Origin: Candidatus Latescibacterota bacterium
GTDB taxonomy: Bacteria; Latescibacterota; UBA2968; UBA8231
Assembly (NCBI GenBank): GCA_965215195.1
Contig: CBDCDC010000002.1
Location: 3,104,001-3,168,000, forward strand
Direction: 5' to 3'
Length of the DNA: 64,000 bases
Shown: piece after piece, positions 21,566-30,314 of the stretch
Layout of the letters: every line of letters starts with the position of its first letter
Position numbering within the stretch: position 1 is the first letter of the stretch
The notes under the pieces: model-generated
The model's database searches: none
What the model saw: the letters and a program-made list of their open reading frames with translations, nothing else
What the model was told of the DNA's origin: nothing
Translations under genes and position numbers: made by a program

Positions 21566-22405
21566 TCAATCAAGAAAATCCCTGACCTCAAGCTCCTGAT
21601 TTAACACCACGTAAACCCCGTCCCAACTCCGCTGTACCGACAGGTACGAGATTTGACGCAACGCCTCGTCAAGCATGAGATCAAAACCGGTTTCGTCAAT
21701 GAGACAGAAGCAACAAACGGCTTGTTTTCGCTTGTCGTCAATTTTGACCAACTCCCCAAATGATGTATCAGACTCTCGCACAATATAACTGAGTCCCATC
21801 ACAAAAAGCGGTGTTGAACAGAATGGTCGTTGTGCGAATGTCGCGCCCTTAAGTGATTTGCCGCCACCCTCGCCGTTCGCGAAGACGGGCGGCTCTAAAG
21901 GCAGGAGCCAATCGTAAGCATCTTTGATTGATTTACTGGAGAACGCATTGCCAATATCCAGCGGAATCACTACTTCGTCAGAAGCACGAAGGTCATTGAT
22001 GTAAGCCACCAGTTCCCGATCTCTATCCGGCAACGTCTGCCGTGTCCACAGGTAGTCACAGATGTTTTTGTACGCCCACGACGCAATGTTTTGTTCAGGA
22101 GCGTTTTGTGTCCATAGACCGTATTGCCGTGCGTGTAGAAAATCAATTGCGGTACTTCGTTTCGTTTCCCACAAGAAATAGAAAGCCTCGCCTTCGGGAG
22201 TTAATGACCTGCTTTTTCCATCTGCGAATCCCCATTCGCTTAATAGCTGAACTGCTTCATAACGCGCTGTATCCGTTACTGTGTATCCATTTTCCAAAGC
22301 GATTTTGACCATTCGCCGAATTGTAGTAAGTCCAGGGTGATATTTGTGGACCCACAATGCCGACTCCAAATCCGAAAACCCTTTTAGAATGTGCGAGCGT
22401 ACCAT
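21566..22405 (-). CDS. Uncharacterised protein, possibly winged-helix (BrxA-like position)
   Basis: ATG at 22405 with GGAGG RBS; function inferred from operon position only. Confidence 0.5.
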   Translation of the reverse strand: MVRSHILKGFSDLESALWVHKYHPGLTTIRRMVKIALENGYTVTDTARYEAVQLLSEWGFADGKSRSLTPEGEAFYFLWETKRSTAIDFLHARQYGLWTQNAPEQNIASWAYKNICDYLWTRQTLPDRDRELVAYINDLRASDEVVIPLDIGNAFSSKSIKDAYDWLLPLEPPVFANGEGGGKSLKGATFAQRPFCSTPLFVMGLSYIVRESDTSFGELVKIDDKRKQAVCCFCLIDETGFDLMLDEALRQISYLSVQRSWDGVYVVLNQELEVRDFLD

Positions 22406-22415
22406 AAATCCTCCG

Positions 22416-24041
22416 TTAAAGGTCATGATTATTAACAGGCCACAAGTATTCACCTATTAAGCTCTGTGACATGCGGTAGTACGATCCTGATAGCTCGCGT
22501 AACATATCCGTTCGAGGTATTCGTTGATGCGTTTCCAACTCTGCCATGACGGTCAGATTGTGCATAATCCGACTCCATCGGTTGTTTGAAAGTCGATCGA
22601 AAGAATCGCAAAACGGACAGTCATGCCTTATACTTTCTTTCCATAATTTGAATTCTGTTTCATTCAAACTCCCGTTCTTTCGGGAATTAAAAGTAACCAG
22701 ATAACCTCGCATAAATGGAAGGAATATCTTGCCATATCCACCAGAGCGCATCCAACCATTAGAGTCAAATGAATGCACACCGGCTAATGATAGCAGATAG
22801 ATTGCAGGCGGTGTTGAAATACCGAAGGTGTGTAGTTTGACACCGTCAGAATCCAGCATCCGAGTCAATTGTCGAAGAATCATCAGCGCACTGACATTCA
22901 ATCGGTTGATAGAGTTTGAAGTCCCACTTGTTGGAAATGAACCGAACCCGATTCTCTTAAAATTGGTATATTGTCGTAGGCAATAGTCGAGATGTTCACT
23001 TCTCGTTGCGTGAACAACGGGCATCGCCTTCTGCTGAATTGCGTAAGAAAGGTCACCATAAAGTTGCAGGCTACCTTCAACAGTTTGTTTTATCTTCGCT
23101 TCCGCAGAACTCAGCGAATCTTTGCTGAGTGGTGGATTATCTGGAAGAACATAGATATCCGCCCAATCCTCCTGCTGATAGCGTTCATAGAGTTTTCGGT
23201 GAAGGTCGTAGTAAGAGATGTCTCCTTTCTGGACGAAATAGCCACCAGAGTCGAACATGACTACTTCCGTTTCACCTATTCGTTTCAGTTCCCGGACAAA
23301 ATCGAAGGTGTACTTGTGAGCAACGACAGGAGAGATAAGCACCCGTTGAAATGGATTCGGTTTGCCGAACTTCCAATCAAAATCGTGTGCATTTTTATGC
23401 CAGAGGCGGTGCAATGTCCTCATCTCATCCGGTTTAACAGTCAGGGAGGCGTAGAAATGCGCGAGTGCGTGAGGTTCGGTTCCCCATGTGAAGGATTGCT
23501 GTAAAGCCTGATTACCAACCATGCGGAGAAAGGAGGTACTCGGGGGTGTTTCCGCGTATGAGCCGTGTATTGGGGGGAGGTGGTAGTACCACACCTGGAG
23601 CCGTCTCTTTTTACCTTGCTCCGTTTCGGCATGCCGAAATCCGCATTTTTGGTAAAATTGATTGGCACTCAGATCTTGTGGGCACTTGAGACGAACATAT
23701 TGCCCACCGGCGAGGTGAACACGTCGAATTAATTCGCTCAGCAAACGGGTGCCGACACCTGTGCGCCTATATGCGTCAGCTACTGCAATTTCGTACAGTG
23801 TTGCGTTTCTATCCCGTCTGATTCGGAAGTTTGCAAAGCCTGTGACCATGTCACGCTTTCTCTGATCCTTCCATTCGGCGGCAACGAGCAGCCACCCTTT
23901 GCTTTGTGCTGCCCGCAAAATGGCGATGTTGACAAACCCTAATTCCGATCGATATTGATCCGCAATCCGTTTCGCGCCTTCAACGTCCGCTTTCCGCGCA
24001 AGTCGAACGGTTATTGGTTGTTGATGTTGTGGCAAAATCAT
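22416..24041 (-). CDS. GNAT acetyltransferase fused to TGT/DpdA-like transglycosylase
   Basis: GNAT: LYEIAV..YRRTGVGTRLL, ANQFYQKCGF. TGT: MFDSGGY, LPDNPP, LHTFGI, SFDSNGW, HDCPFC..HNL. Confidence 0.82.
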   Translation of the reverse strand: MILPQHQQPITVRLARKADVEGAKRIADQYRSELGFVNIAILRAAQSKGWLLVAAEWKDQRKRDMVTGFANFRIRRDRNATLYEIAVADAYRRTGVGTRLLSELIRRVHLAGGQYVRLKCPQDLSANQFYQKCGFRHAETEQGKKRRLQVWYYHLPPIHGSYAETPPSTSFLRMVGNQALQQSFTWGTEPHALAHFYASLTVKPDEMRTLHRLWHKNAHDFDWKFGKPNPFQRVLISPVVAHKYTFDFVRELKRIGETEVVMFDSGGYFVQKGDISYYDLHRKLYERYQQEDWADIYVLPDNPPLSKDSLSSAEAKIKQTVEGSLQLYGDLSYAIQQKAMPVVHATRSEHLDYCLRQYTNFKRIGFGSFPTSGTSNSINRLNVSALMILRQLTRMLDSDGVKLHTFGISTPPAIYLLSLAGVHSFDSNGWMRSGGYGKIFLPFMRGYLVTFNSRKNGSLNETEFKLWKESIRHDCPFCDSFDRLSNNRWSRIMHNLTVMAELETHQRIPRTDMLRELSGSYYRMSQSLIGEYLWPVNNHDL

Positions 24042-24055
24042 GCGATGGAACTCTT

Positions 24056-25816
24056 TTATAATTTAGGTATTAAGTCTTCGAAAGTAAGATTGGTATAGTC
24101 AAAATCCGTTTCCTCCTCAATTTTGTTTACCTGTGACTTCAACGTCCACTCGAAAGGCATCGTTTCCACAAACAAATCTGTATAAAAATTTAATGCTGCG
24201 ACAATCAGTCTCGTCTCCTCTGGGTCTTTGGGGGACAATACCTGAGCAATCCACTCAATAGGTAACGGTCCATTTGACAGTAACTGTGTGAGGACTTGTC
24301 GATATTTTGAGGCTTCCTCCCAAAGGTACAAGCCGTAGGTATCATTATCATAAACTTGAAAGCGGTAAGGTTGTTTTTCGCAGATGCCGACAACATCAAA
24401 AGGCGTCAACCTGAAGTTGCCGAGTTGACTCCATATTCCATTGGCAATCGCTTTTGCCGCGGTGGGTTCATTGGTCATTCGGAGATACCATTCGATGAGT
24501 GACGCTTGTCCTATGGCAGTCATTGGCTTTTCAGGGTTGAACCACGTCCACTCCTTTAGCCCGATGAGTATTTTTCCATACTGATGAACTTTCAAGAGGG
24601 GATAACTTGTAATCCTATTGAGCAAATGCTCTGAATCGAAAGCTGTTTTGCTCTTTTCTTGAATGAGGTGTTGGCATTCTGCCAATGCTAAAGGCCAATA
24701 GCCGTAACATTGGAGTCTCGCTGCAAATTTTGCAAAAACATCTTGAATGCGTTCTCCTGATTTCAGATGGCAGACGCCATCAATAATTTTGTAATCGTCT
24801 GTCCCTAAGCATATCCATGCATCACCGAATGCTTCATCAAACCAGTCGCTAATCCACTGTTCACTATCGCCCCATCCCAACCGCTGATGAATAATTTCTC
24901 GGAGATTCTCGACGGAACACCACCCACCACCCTTTGCTAAAACATCGCGGATAGATTTGTTCAAAAGACGGCAGATCGTGGTTGCAATTAAGTGATTGTC
25001 CGCGCCTTGATTAATTTTATTGTTGATTGCCTTCTTAATTTGCCTGACTCGCTCACGGCTAACCCCAAGTAATTCACCGATTTGCTGTAAATTTTTAGGG
25101 GTTTCCTCATAACCATAGTAGTACTTAACAATCTCCTGTTGGCCGGATTGCAGGCGTTGAAAAACTACGCGACCGAGTTCGGAAAGCATCTGAATCTGCG
25201 GTAATTCGCCAGAATGACCATTATTCGGATCAAACACATCAGGATTTGCTATGACCTTATTTACTGTTTCCTGAATTTCAGCCAGAGATTTGTGTCCAAA
25301 ATTCCTAAATCTGCCGAGCCATTGTTTGGGAGGGAGTTCGGCAATCTCTGCAAGTGTTTTGAAGCCTTGATTAAGGAGAATATTTTGCGTCCGAACACTC
25401 CAGGTGAATTGACGGATAGAACTGTTTTGAAGAGCGTTCCAAGTATAGGAGGGTACTTTTATGTTCAGGAGGGGGATAAAGACCGATTGCACTTCTGTAG
25501 AATGCTCATCGTTCGTATTGGACGATATAATTTCTGATCCTCGATCGCAGTTGGAGGCAAATTTTAAGCTCGTGAGAAATGTCCAAATCTCTTCGGCTGT
25601 TTGTTTGCCACAATTTCTGAGAGCAAGTAGACAATCAAGAGTTGTAATTTTCTCGATTAGCTCTTGTTCGTCTATAATGTTTGCCATTGACAGACAATTG
25701 GATGCACGAACGCTAAATCCTTTAGATCTCCAGAATTGTGCAGTTATTTTTCTTTTTCTAGGTTCCATCCGTGCTTCTCTAATCCGTTCCTTCACTGTCA
25801 TTTTGAGTCGAAACAC
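24056..25816 (-). CDS. Two RNAP alpha-CTD-like domains + sigma70 region-4 HTH + uncharacterised C-terminal region
   Basis: FSVRASNCL..LRNCGKQTAEEI; WSVRTQNIL..FRNFGHKSLAEI; NLQQIGELLGVSRERVRQI; start codon uncertain. Confidence 0.78.
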   Translation of the reverse strand: MFRLKMTVKERIREARMEPRKRKITAQFWRSKGFSVRASNCLSMANIIDEQELIEKITTLDCLLALRNCGKQTAEEIWTFLTSLKFASNCDRGSEIISSNTNDEHSTEVQSVFIPLLNIKVPSYTWNALQNSSIRQFTWSVRTQNILLNQGFKTLAEIAELPPKQWLGRFRNFGHKSLAEIQETVNKVIANPDVFDPNNGHSGELPQIQMLSELGRVVFQRLQSGQQEIVKYYYGYEETPKNLQQIGELLGVSRERVRQIKKAINNKINQGADNHLIATTICRLLNKSIRDVLAKGGGWCSVENLREIIHQRLGWGDSEQWISDWFDEAFGDAWICLGTDDYKIIDGVCHLKSGERIQDVFAKFAARLQCYGYWPLALAECQHLIQEKSKTAFDSEHLLNRITSYPLLKVHQYGKILIGLKEWTWFNPEKPMTAIGQASLIEWYLRMTNEPTAAKAIANGIWSQLGNFRLTPFDVVGICEKQPYRFQVYDNDTYGLYLWEEASKYRQVLTQLLSNGPLPIEWIAQVLSPKDPEETRLIVAALNFYTDLFVETMPFEWTLKSQVNKIEEETDFDYTNLTFEDLIPKL

Positions 25817-26071
25817 CTCAGACCCAAGATGCCCGTATGCAGAACACGCTCACGGCCCTGTCCGATCAGCGATAGGCCGCTTCCAAGCGTACCGCTCGTC
25901 CTCGTGATCCAGTGGAACCAAAGTGCCCGTTTTGCAATTTTTCAATATAAAGACAACCGACCTGGCCTTCAACCGACCCCACGAACCTCCCGGTAAGCCA
26001 AGCCGATCCATTGTAATGAGCCAGTGTTCCTATATATTAGGAACAGCCAACACCTCCCACCCCAAGCCGCC

Positions 26072-27877
26072 ATGCACAACCTGCGCCAATTTCTCGCTCG
26101 CCTGCGCCGCGAAGGCGAGCTCGTCACCGTTGACGCCCCGGTTTCCTCTGATCTCGAAATCGCCGAGATCCATCGCCGCGTCCTTGCCGCCGCTGGTCCG
26201 GCCCTGCTCTTTACCCATGTCGAAGGCGCGGATTTTCCTTGCGTCACCAATCTCTTTGGCACGGCACGGCGCGTCGAGCTGGCCTTTGGCCCTAGGCCGG
26301 AGCAGTTTATCCAGCAACTAGTACAACTCGCCCAAGACCTGCCGTCGCTTTCGCCGGGCAAGCTCTGGCCGCACAAAAACCTGATCCCCGCCGCCCTGAA
26401 AGTCGGGCTGAAGACCGTCGGCAAAGGCCCCATCGGCGAATGCGTACAGTCGCCGCCCGACCTTGCGCGCCTGCCCTTGCTCAAGACTTGGCCCGAGGAC
26501 GGTGGGCACTTCATCACCTTGCCGCTGGTCTATAGCCAACACCCCGATACTGGCCATCACAACCTCGGCATGTACCGCATTCAGCGCCACGACTCCCAGA
26601 CCCTCGGCATGCACTGGCAAATCCAGAAAGGCGGCGGCTTCCACTACCACGTCGCCGAGCAGCGGGGCGAAAACCTGCCGCTGGTCGTCTTCGTCGGCGG
26701 GCCGCCGGCCCTGATCCTCGCGGCGATTGCGCCTTTGCCCGAGGATTTGCCCGAGCTGATGTTGGCCTCCCTGTTGCAGGGCGAGCGCCTGCGCCGCGTG
26801 CAAGGCTCCAGTCTGCCGCTGATCGCCGAAGCCGAATTCGCCATTGAGGGCGTGGTGCTGCCGCACGTGCGCAAGCCCGAAGGGCCTTTTGGCGATCACT
26901 ACGGCTATTACTCGCTGCAACACGACTATCCAGTGCTCCAAGCCAAGTGCCTCTACCACCGCAAAGACGCCATTTTCCCGGCCACCGTCGTAGGCAAGCC
27001 GCCGCAGGAAGACATGTTCCTCGGCACCTACATCCAGCAACTCATGACGCCCTTGAGCAAGTTGGTAATGCCCGCGATCAAGGCCATGTGGAGCTACGGC
27101 GAGACCGGCTATCACTCGCTGGCGGCCATCGTCGTGGAGGAGCGCTACCCACGCGAGGCCATGAAATTCGCCTTCCGCATCTTGGGCGAGGACGGCGGCC
27201 AGCTCAACCTCACCAAGTTCTTGGTCGTAGTAGATCGCCCCTTGGACTTGGGCGACTTCCGGCAAGTGCTCGCGCATGCCCTAGCGCGTGCGCGGCTCGC
27301 AACCGACCTTTTCGTCATCGCCAATCTCGCCATGGATACCCTCGACTACACCGGGCCGGCCGTGAACCAAGGCAGCAAAGGGATCCTCCTCGGCGTGGGC
27401 GATCCGATCTGGGAATTGCCCGGGGAGTTTAGCGGCGACCTGCCCGGCGGGGCGCGCGCCGCCGCGGTCTATTGCCCTGGTGCTCTCGCGGTCCAAGGCC
27501 CGGCTTACGAAGAAGATCCCGGCTACGCCCAACGCCTCGCCGAAGACCGAGCCGTCGCAGCTTGGCCGCTGATATTTTTAGTTGACGACGCCAGTACAGT
27601 CGCCAAGAACGTCACCTTTCTCTGGAGTACCTTTACCCGCTTTGAGCCGGCTGCCGACACGTATGCCGCCGCCGTCCAGCTCCGCCGCCACCACCCCTGC
27701 TATACGCCGCCGATTGTCTTGGACTGCCGCATGAAACCCGGCTACCCAGACGAGCTGATAACGGACGAAGAAACGGCGCAAAAGGTCAGCCGGCGCTGGC
27801 GGGAGTACTTTCCCCAAGGCGGTGTAGAAGGCGCGGAAGACCGCCGCGGCTACGCCGGATTTTCCCTGTTGGATTAA
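26072..27877 (+). CDS. UbiD-family (prFMN) decarboxylase
   Basis: NLGMYRIQ, EGPFGDHYGYY, TVVGKPPQED, DTLDYTG. Confidence 0.9.
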   Translation: MHNLRQFLARLRREGELVTVDAPVSSDLEIAEIHRRVLAAAGPALLFTHVEGADFPCVTNLFGTARRVELAFGPRPEQFIQQLVQLAQDLPSLSPGKLWPHKNLIPAALKVGLKTVGKGPIGECVQSPPDLARLPLLKTWPEDGGHFITLPLVYSQHPDTGHHNLGMYRIQRHDSQTLGMHWQIQKGGGFHYHVAEQRGENLPLVVFVGGPPALILAAIAPLPEDLPELMLASLLQGERLRRVQGSSLPLIAEAEFAIEGVVLPHVRKPEGPFGDHYGYYSLQHDYPVLQAKCLYHRKDAIFPATVVGKPPQEDMFLGTYIQQLMTPLSKLVMPAIKAMWSYGETGYHSLAAIVVEERYPREAMKFAFRILGEDGGQLNLTKFLVVVDRPLDLGDFRQVLAHALARARLATDLFVIANLAMDTLDYTGPAVNQGSKGILLGVGDPIWELPGEFSGDLPGGARAAAVYCPGALAVQGPAYEEDPGYAQRLAEDRAVAAWPLIFLVDDASTVAKNVTFLWSTFTRFEPAADTYAAAVQLRRHHPCYTPPIVLDCRMKPGYPDELITDEETAQKVSRRWREYFPQGGVEGAEDRRGYAGFSLLD

Positions 27878-27882
27878 CCCTC

Positions 27883-29283
27883 ATGGACGATGCCCTAGCG
27901 TTTGCCCCCGTCGCCGAACTCGCCACCCTGATCCGCCGCGGCCAACTCTCCCCGCTCGAACTCACCGATCTGTACCTAGAGCGCATTGAGCAGTACGATC
28001 CGGCGCTCAATGCCTATCTCGCCGTCACGGCCGAGCGGGCGCGCGCCCAAGCCCGCGCGGCCGAAGCCCAGATCGCGGCCGGCACCTACCTCGGCCCTTT
28101 GCACGGCATTCCCCTCGCCTTTAAGGATCTCGTGGATGTGGCGGGCCTGCCCACCACCGGCGGCTCAACCCTGCTGCGCGACAACATCGCCGCGGCCAAC
28201 GCCGCGGTGACCCGCCGCCTTTTTGCCGCGGGCGTCGTGCTCTTGGGCAAGACCCAGCTCGTGGAATTCGCTTTTGGCGGCACTGGCGTCAACCATCACT
28301 ACGGCACCCCGGTCAACCCTTGGGATCCCGAAATCCACCGCCTGCCAGGCGGGTCGTCTTCTGGCTCGGGCGTGGCCGTGGCGGCTGGACTGGCACCGGC
28401 GGCCCTCGGCTCGGACACCGGCGGGTCGGTGCGGATTCCCTCGTCCTTTTGCGGCCTTACCGGCCTCAAGCCCACCTTTGGCCTGCTCCCCAACACCGGC
28501 GTCTTGCCCCTCGACCCCACCCTCGACAGCATCGGGCCTTTGTGCCGCACGGCACAAGACTGCGCCCTGTTGTTCCAAGCGATGGTGGACCCGGCCCTTT
28601 GCGACTCGATTTTGGAGCGTTTGGAAGGCGAGGTCGCCGGCCTCCGGCTCTGCTTTCCGCGCGAGTATTTCTGGGACGATGTCGATGCCGAGGTCGAAGC
28701 GGCCGTGCGCACCTCGGCGCACATTTTCGCCGACCTCGGCGTCTATGTCGATGAAATATCGCTCGATGTGCTCAACGACTTGGCCGAATGGCGCAGCGGG
28801 CCTAGCACCACGGCCGTCGAAGCCTATCTCTACCACCAGCGCAACCTTGAAGCGCACCTCGATCAGTTCGACCCCATTGTCTCGGCGCGCATCCTCGACG
28901 GCCGCGATACTCTCGCCGCGGACTTCCTCCGGCAGCTCAGAGTGCGCGACGCGCTGCGCCGCAAAGCCCGCATGGCCCTTGAAAACGTAGATTTTCTCAT
29001 TACCCCAACCACCCCTTTTGCCGCCCCGATTCTCGACGAGATCGACCGCGACGACGTCTATTTCCCCATCAACGGTCTCTGCCTGCGCAATACCATCGCC
29101 GTCAATCTCCTCGACCTGTGCGCCGTCTCCCTACCCTGTGGCTTCACGCGCGATGGCCTGCCCATCGGCTTGCAGCTCATCGGCCACCCTCGCGACGAGG
29201 CGCGATTGCTGCGCCTCGCCCGCGCCTTTGAGCAAGCCACCGACCACAATCTCCTCACGCCTGCGCTCGACGACTTCGCCTAG
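27883..29283 (+). CDS. Amidase signature family protein
   Basis: GPLHGIPLAFKD, GGSSSGS, GSDTGGSVRIP. Confidence 0.93.
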   Translation: MDDALAFAPVAELATLIRRGQLSPLELTDLYLERIEQYDPALNAYLAVTAERARAQARAAEAQIAAGTYLGPLHGIPLAFKDLVDVAGLPTTGGSTLLRDNIAAANAAVTRRLFAAGVVLLGKTQLVEFAFGGTGVNHHYGTPVNPWDPEIHRLPGGSSSGSGVAVAAGLAPAALGSDTGGSVRIPSSFCGLTGLKPTFGLLPNTGVLPLDPTLDSIGPLCRTAQDCALLFQAMVDPALCDSILERLEGEVAGLRLCFPREYFWDDVDAEVEAAVRTSAHIFADLGVYVDEISLDVLNDLAEWRSGPSTTAVEAYLYHQRNLEAHLDQFDPIVSARILDGRDTLAADFLRQLRVRDALRRKARMALENVDFLITPTTPFAAPILDEIDRDDVYFPINGLCLRNTIAVNLLDLCAVSLPCGFTRDGLPIGLQLIGHPRDEARLLRLARAFEQATDHNLLTPALDDFA

Positions 29284-29290
29284 GGACGGC

Positions 29291-29319
29291 TTGCCAATAT
29301 GCGGAGCGAACTCTATATT
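29291..29319 (+). promoter_or_regulatory. Sigma70 promoter of tRNA-Glu
   Basis: TTGCCA, 17 nt, TATATT, ending 15 nt before the tRNA. Confidence 0.65.
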
Positions 29320-29333
29320 TTTTTGCTCTACGT

Positions 29334-29408
29334 GCTCCCATCGTCTAGCGGTTAGGACCCAGGGTTTTCAACCCTGTAACCGGAGTTCGAGTCTCCGTGG
29401 GAGCACCA
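29334..29408 (+). tRNA. tRNA-Glu (anticodon TTC)
   Basis: Acceptor GCTCCCA/TGGGAGC, anticodon arm CAGGG-TTTTCAA-CCCTG, T-loop GTTCGA, encoded CCA. Confidence 0.96.
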
Positions 29409-29434
29409 TTTTTATGTACGCTGAGGAGGATCTT

Positions 29435-30304
29435 ATGTTCGACATTGGCATCTTCGCCCCCTTTGGGGCCGACCACGATCGCAATATCGCCTATTGCCGC
29501 GACGCCGGTGCCACCCACATCGTCTTGAACACCGGCCAAATCTCTTCAGACGACGCGCCCGCGGCCGACGCACTCAAGACACTAGCCGACCAATACGCCA
29601 GTGCCGAAGTTGTGCTAGCCGGGCTGACCCCGCCTCGCCTCAGCCTCAACGCCTGCGTTGACGACGCGGCCCGCACACGCGAAGTGGGGTACATGCGCCG
29701 CCTAATCGAAAACATGGGGCACGCGCAAATCCCTTTCGTGCATTTCTACCTCAGTGCCGACGCGGCCCCCACCGACCCGGACCAGCGGCAGACGCACTGG
29801 CAGGGCTTGGTGGAGATCTTCCGCGAACTCGGCCAAATCGGCCAAGACGCCGGCGTGCGAATCTCCACCCACACGTTTCACGTGTCCGACCGCCTGATCT
29901 GGAACAGAGAGACCTTTGCGAATCTAATGGCCGCAACCGGCTCGCCGGCCCACGGCCTGACCTTCTGCCAAGGCAAGTCGCAAATGGCCGGCGATAGCCT
30001 GCCCGACACCATCCGCCACTTCGGCGAAAAGGTCTTTATGGTCCACGTGCGCGACATCGCCACCAAGGCCCAAGGGCCTTCTACCCCGAAAATCGAGCAG
30101 CGGCTGGCAGACTTGGGCTACCTCGAAGTGCCCTTTGGGCAGGGGGAAGTCGATATGGTCGGCACCATCCGCGCCCTCAAAGAGATCGACTACAAGGGCC
30201 AGATTTACCCCGAGCACTTCCCAGCCATCGCCGGCGACCACGCCGCCGGGCTGGCTTGGACTATTGGTTACATCCGCGCCTTAGACCAAGCGGTCGTCTT
30301 CTGA
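29435..30304 (+). CDS. TIM-barrel sugar isomerase / UxuA-like protein
   Basis: GLTFCQG, VHVRD, VPFGQGEVDM, YPEH; start after GAGGAGG RBS. Confidence 0.75.
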   Translation: MFDIGIFAPFGADHDRNIAYCRDAGATHIVLNTGQISSDDAPAADALKTLADQYASAEVVLAGLTPPRLSLNACVDDAARTREVGYMRRLIENMGHAQIPFVHFYLSADAAPTDPDQRQTHWQGLVEIFRELGQIGQDAGVRISTHTFHVSDRLIWNRETFANLMAATGSPAHGLTFCQGKSQMAGDSLPDTIRHFGEKVFMVHVRDIATKAQGPSTPKIEQRLADLGYLEVPFGQGEVDMVGTIRALKEIDYKGQIYPEHFPAIAGDHAAGLAWTIGYIRALDQAVVF

Positions 30305-30314
30305 GAGGATTGCC

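Noticed and set aside
22416-24041. Housekeeping queuine tRNA-ribosyltransferase (tgt)
   Set aside because: Lacks the TPxFMPVGT and NTYHL motifs of bacterial Tgt, is fused to a GNAT and lies in an AT-richer island.
24056-25816. rpoA or a true sigma factor
   Set aside because: No alpha N-terminal domain and no sigma region 2; only the CTD-like and region-4 modules are present.
27883-29283. gatA
   Set aside because: Generic amidase signature only; no gatB or gatC adjacent. The same applies to 44319-45719.
29334-29408. tRNA-Glu as integration site of the defence island
   Set aside because: It is about 3.5 kb from the island, separated by host-like genes; I saw no integrase or duplicated tRNA 3' end.
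29018-29434. N-terminal part of the 428-aa ORF 29018-30304
   Set aside because: It overlaps the amidase end and tRNA-Glu; the real start is at 29435 after a strong RBS.
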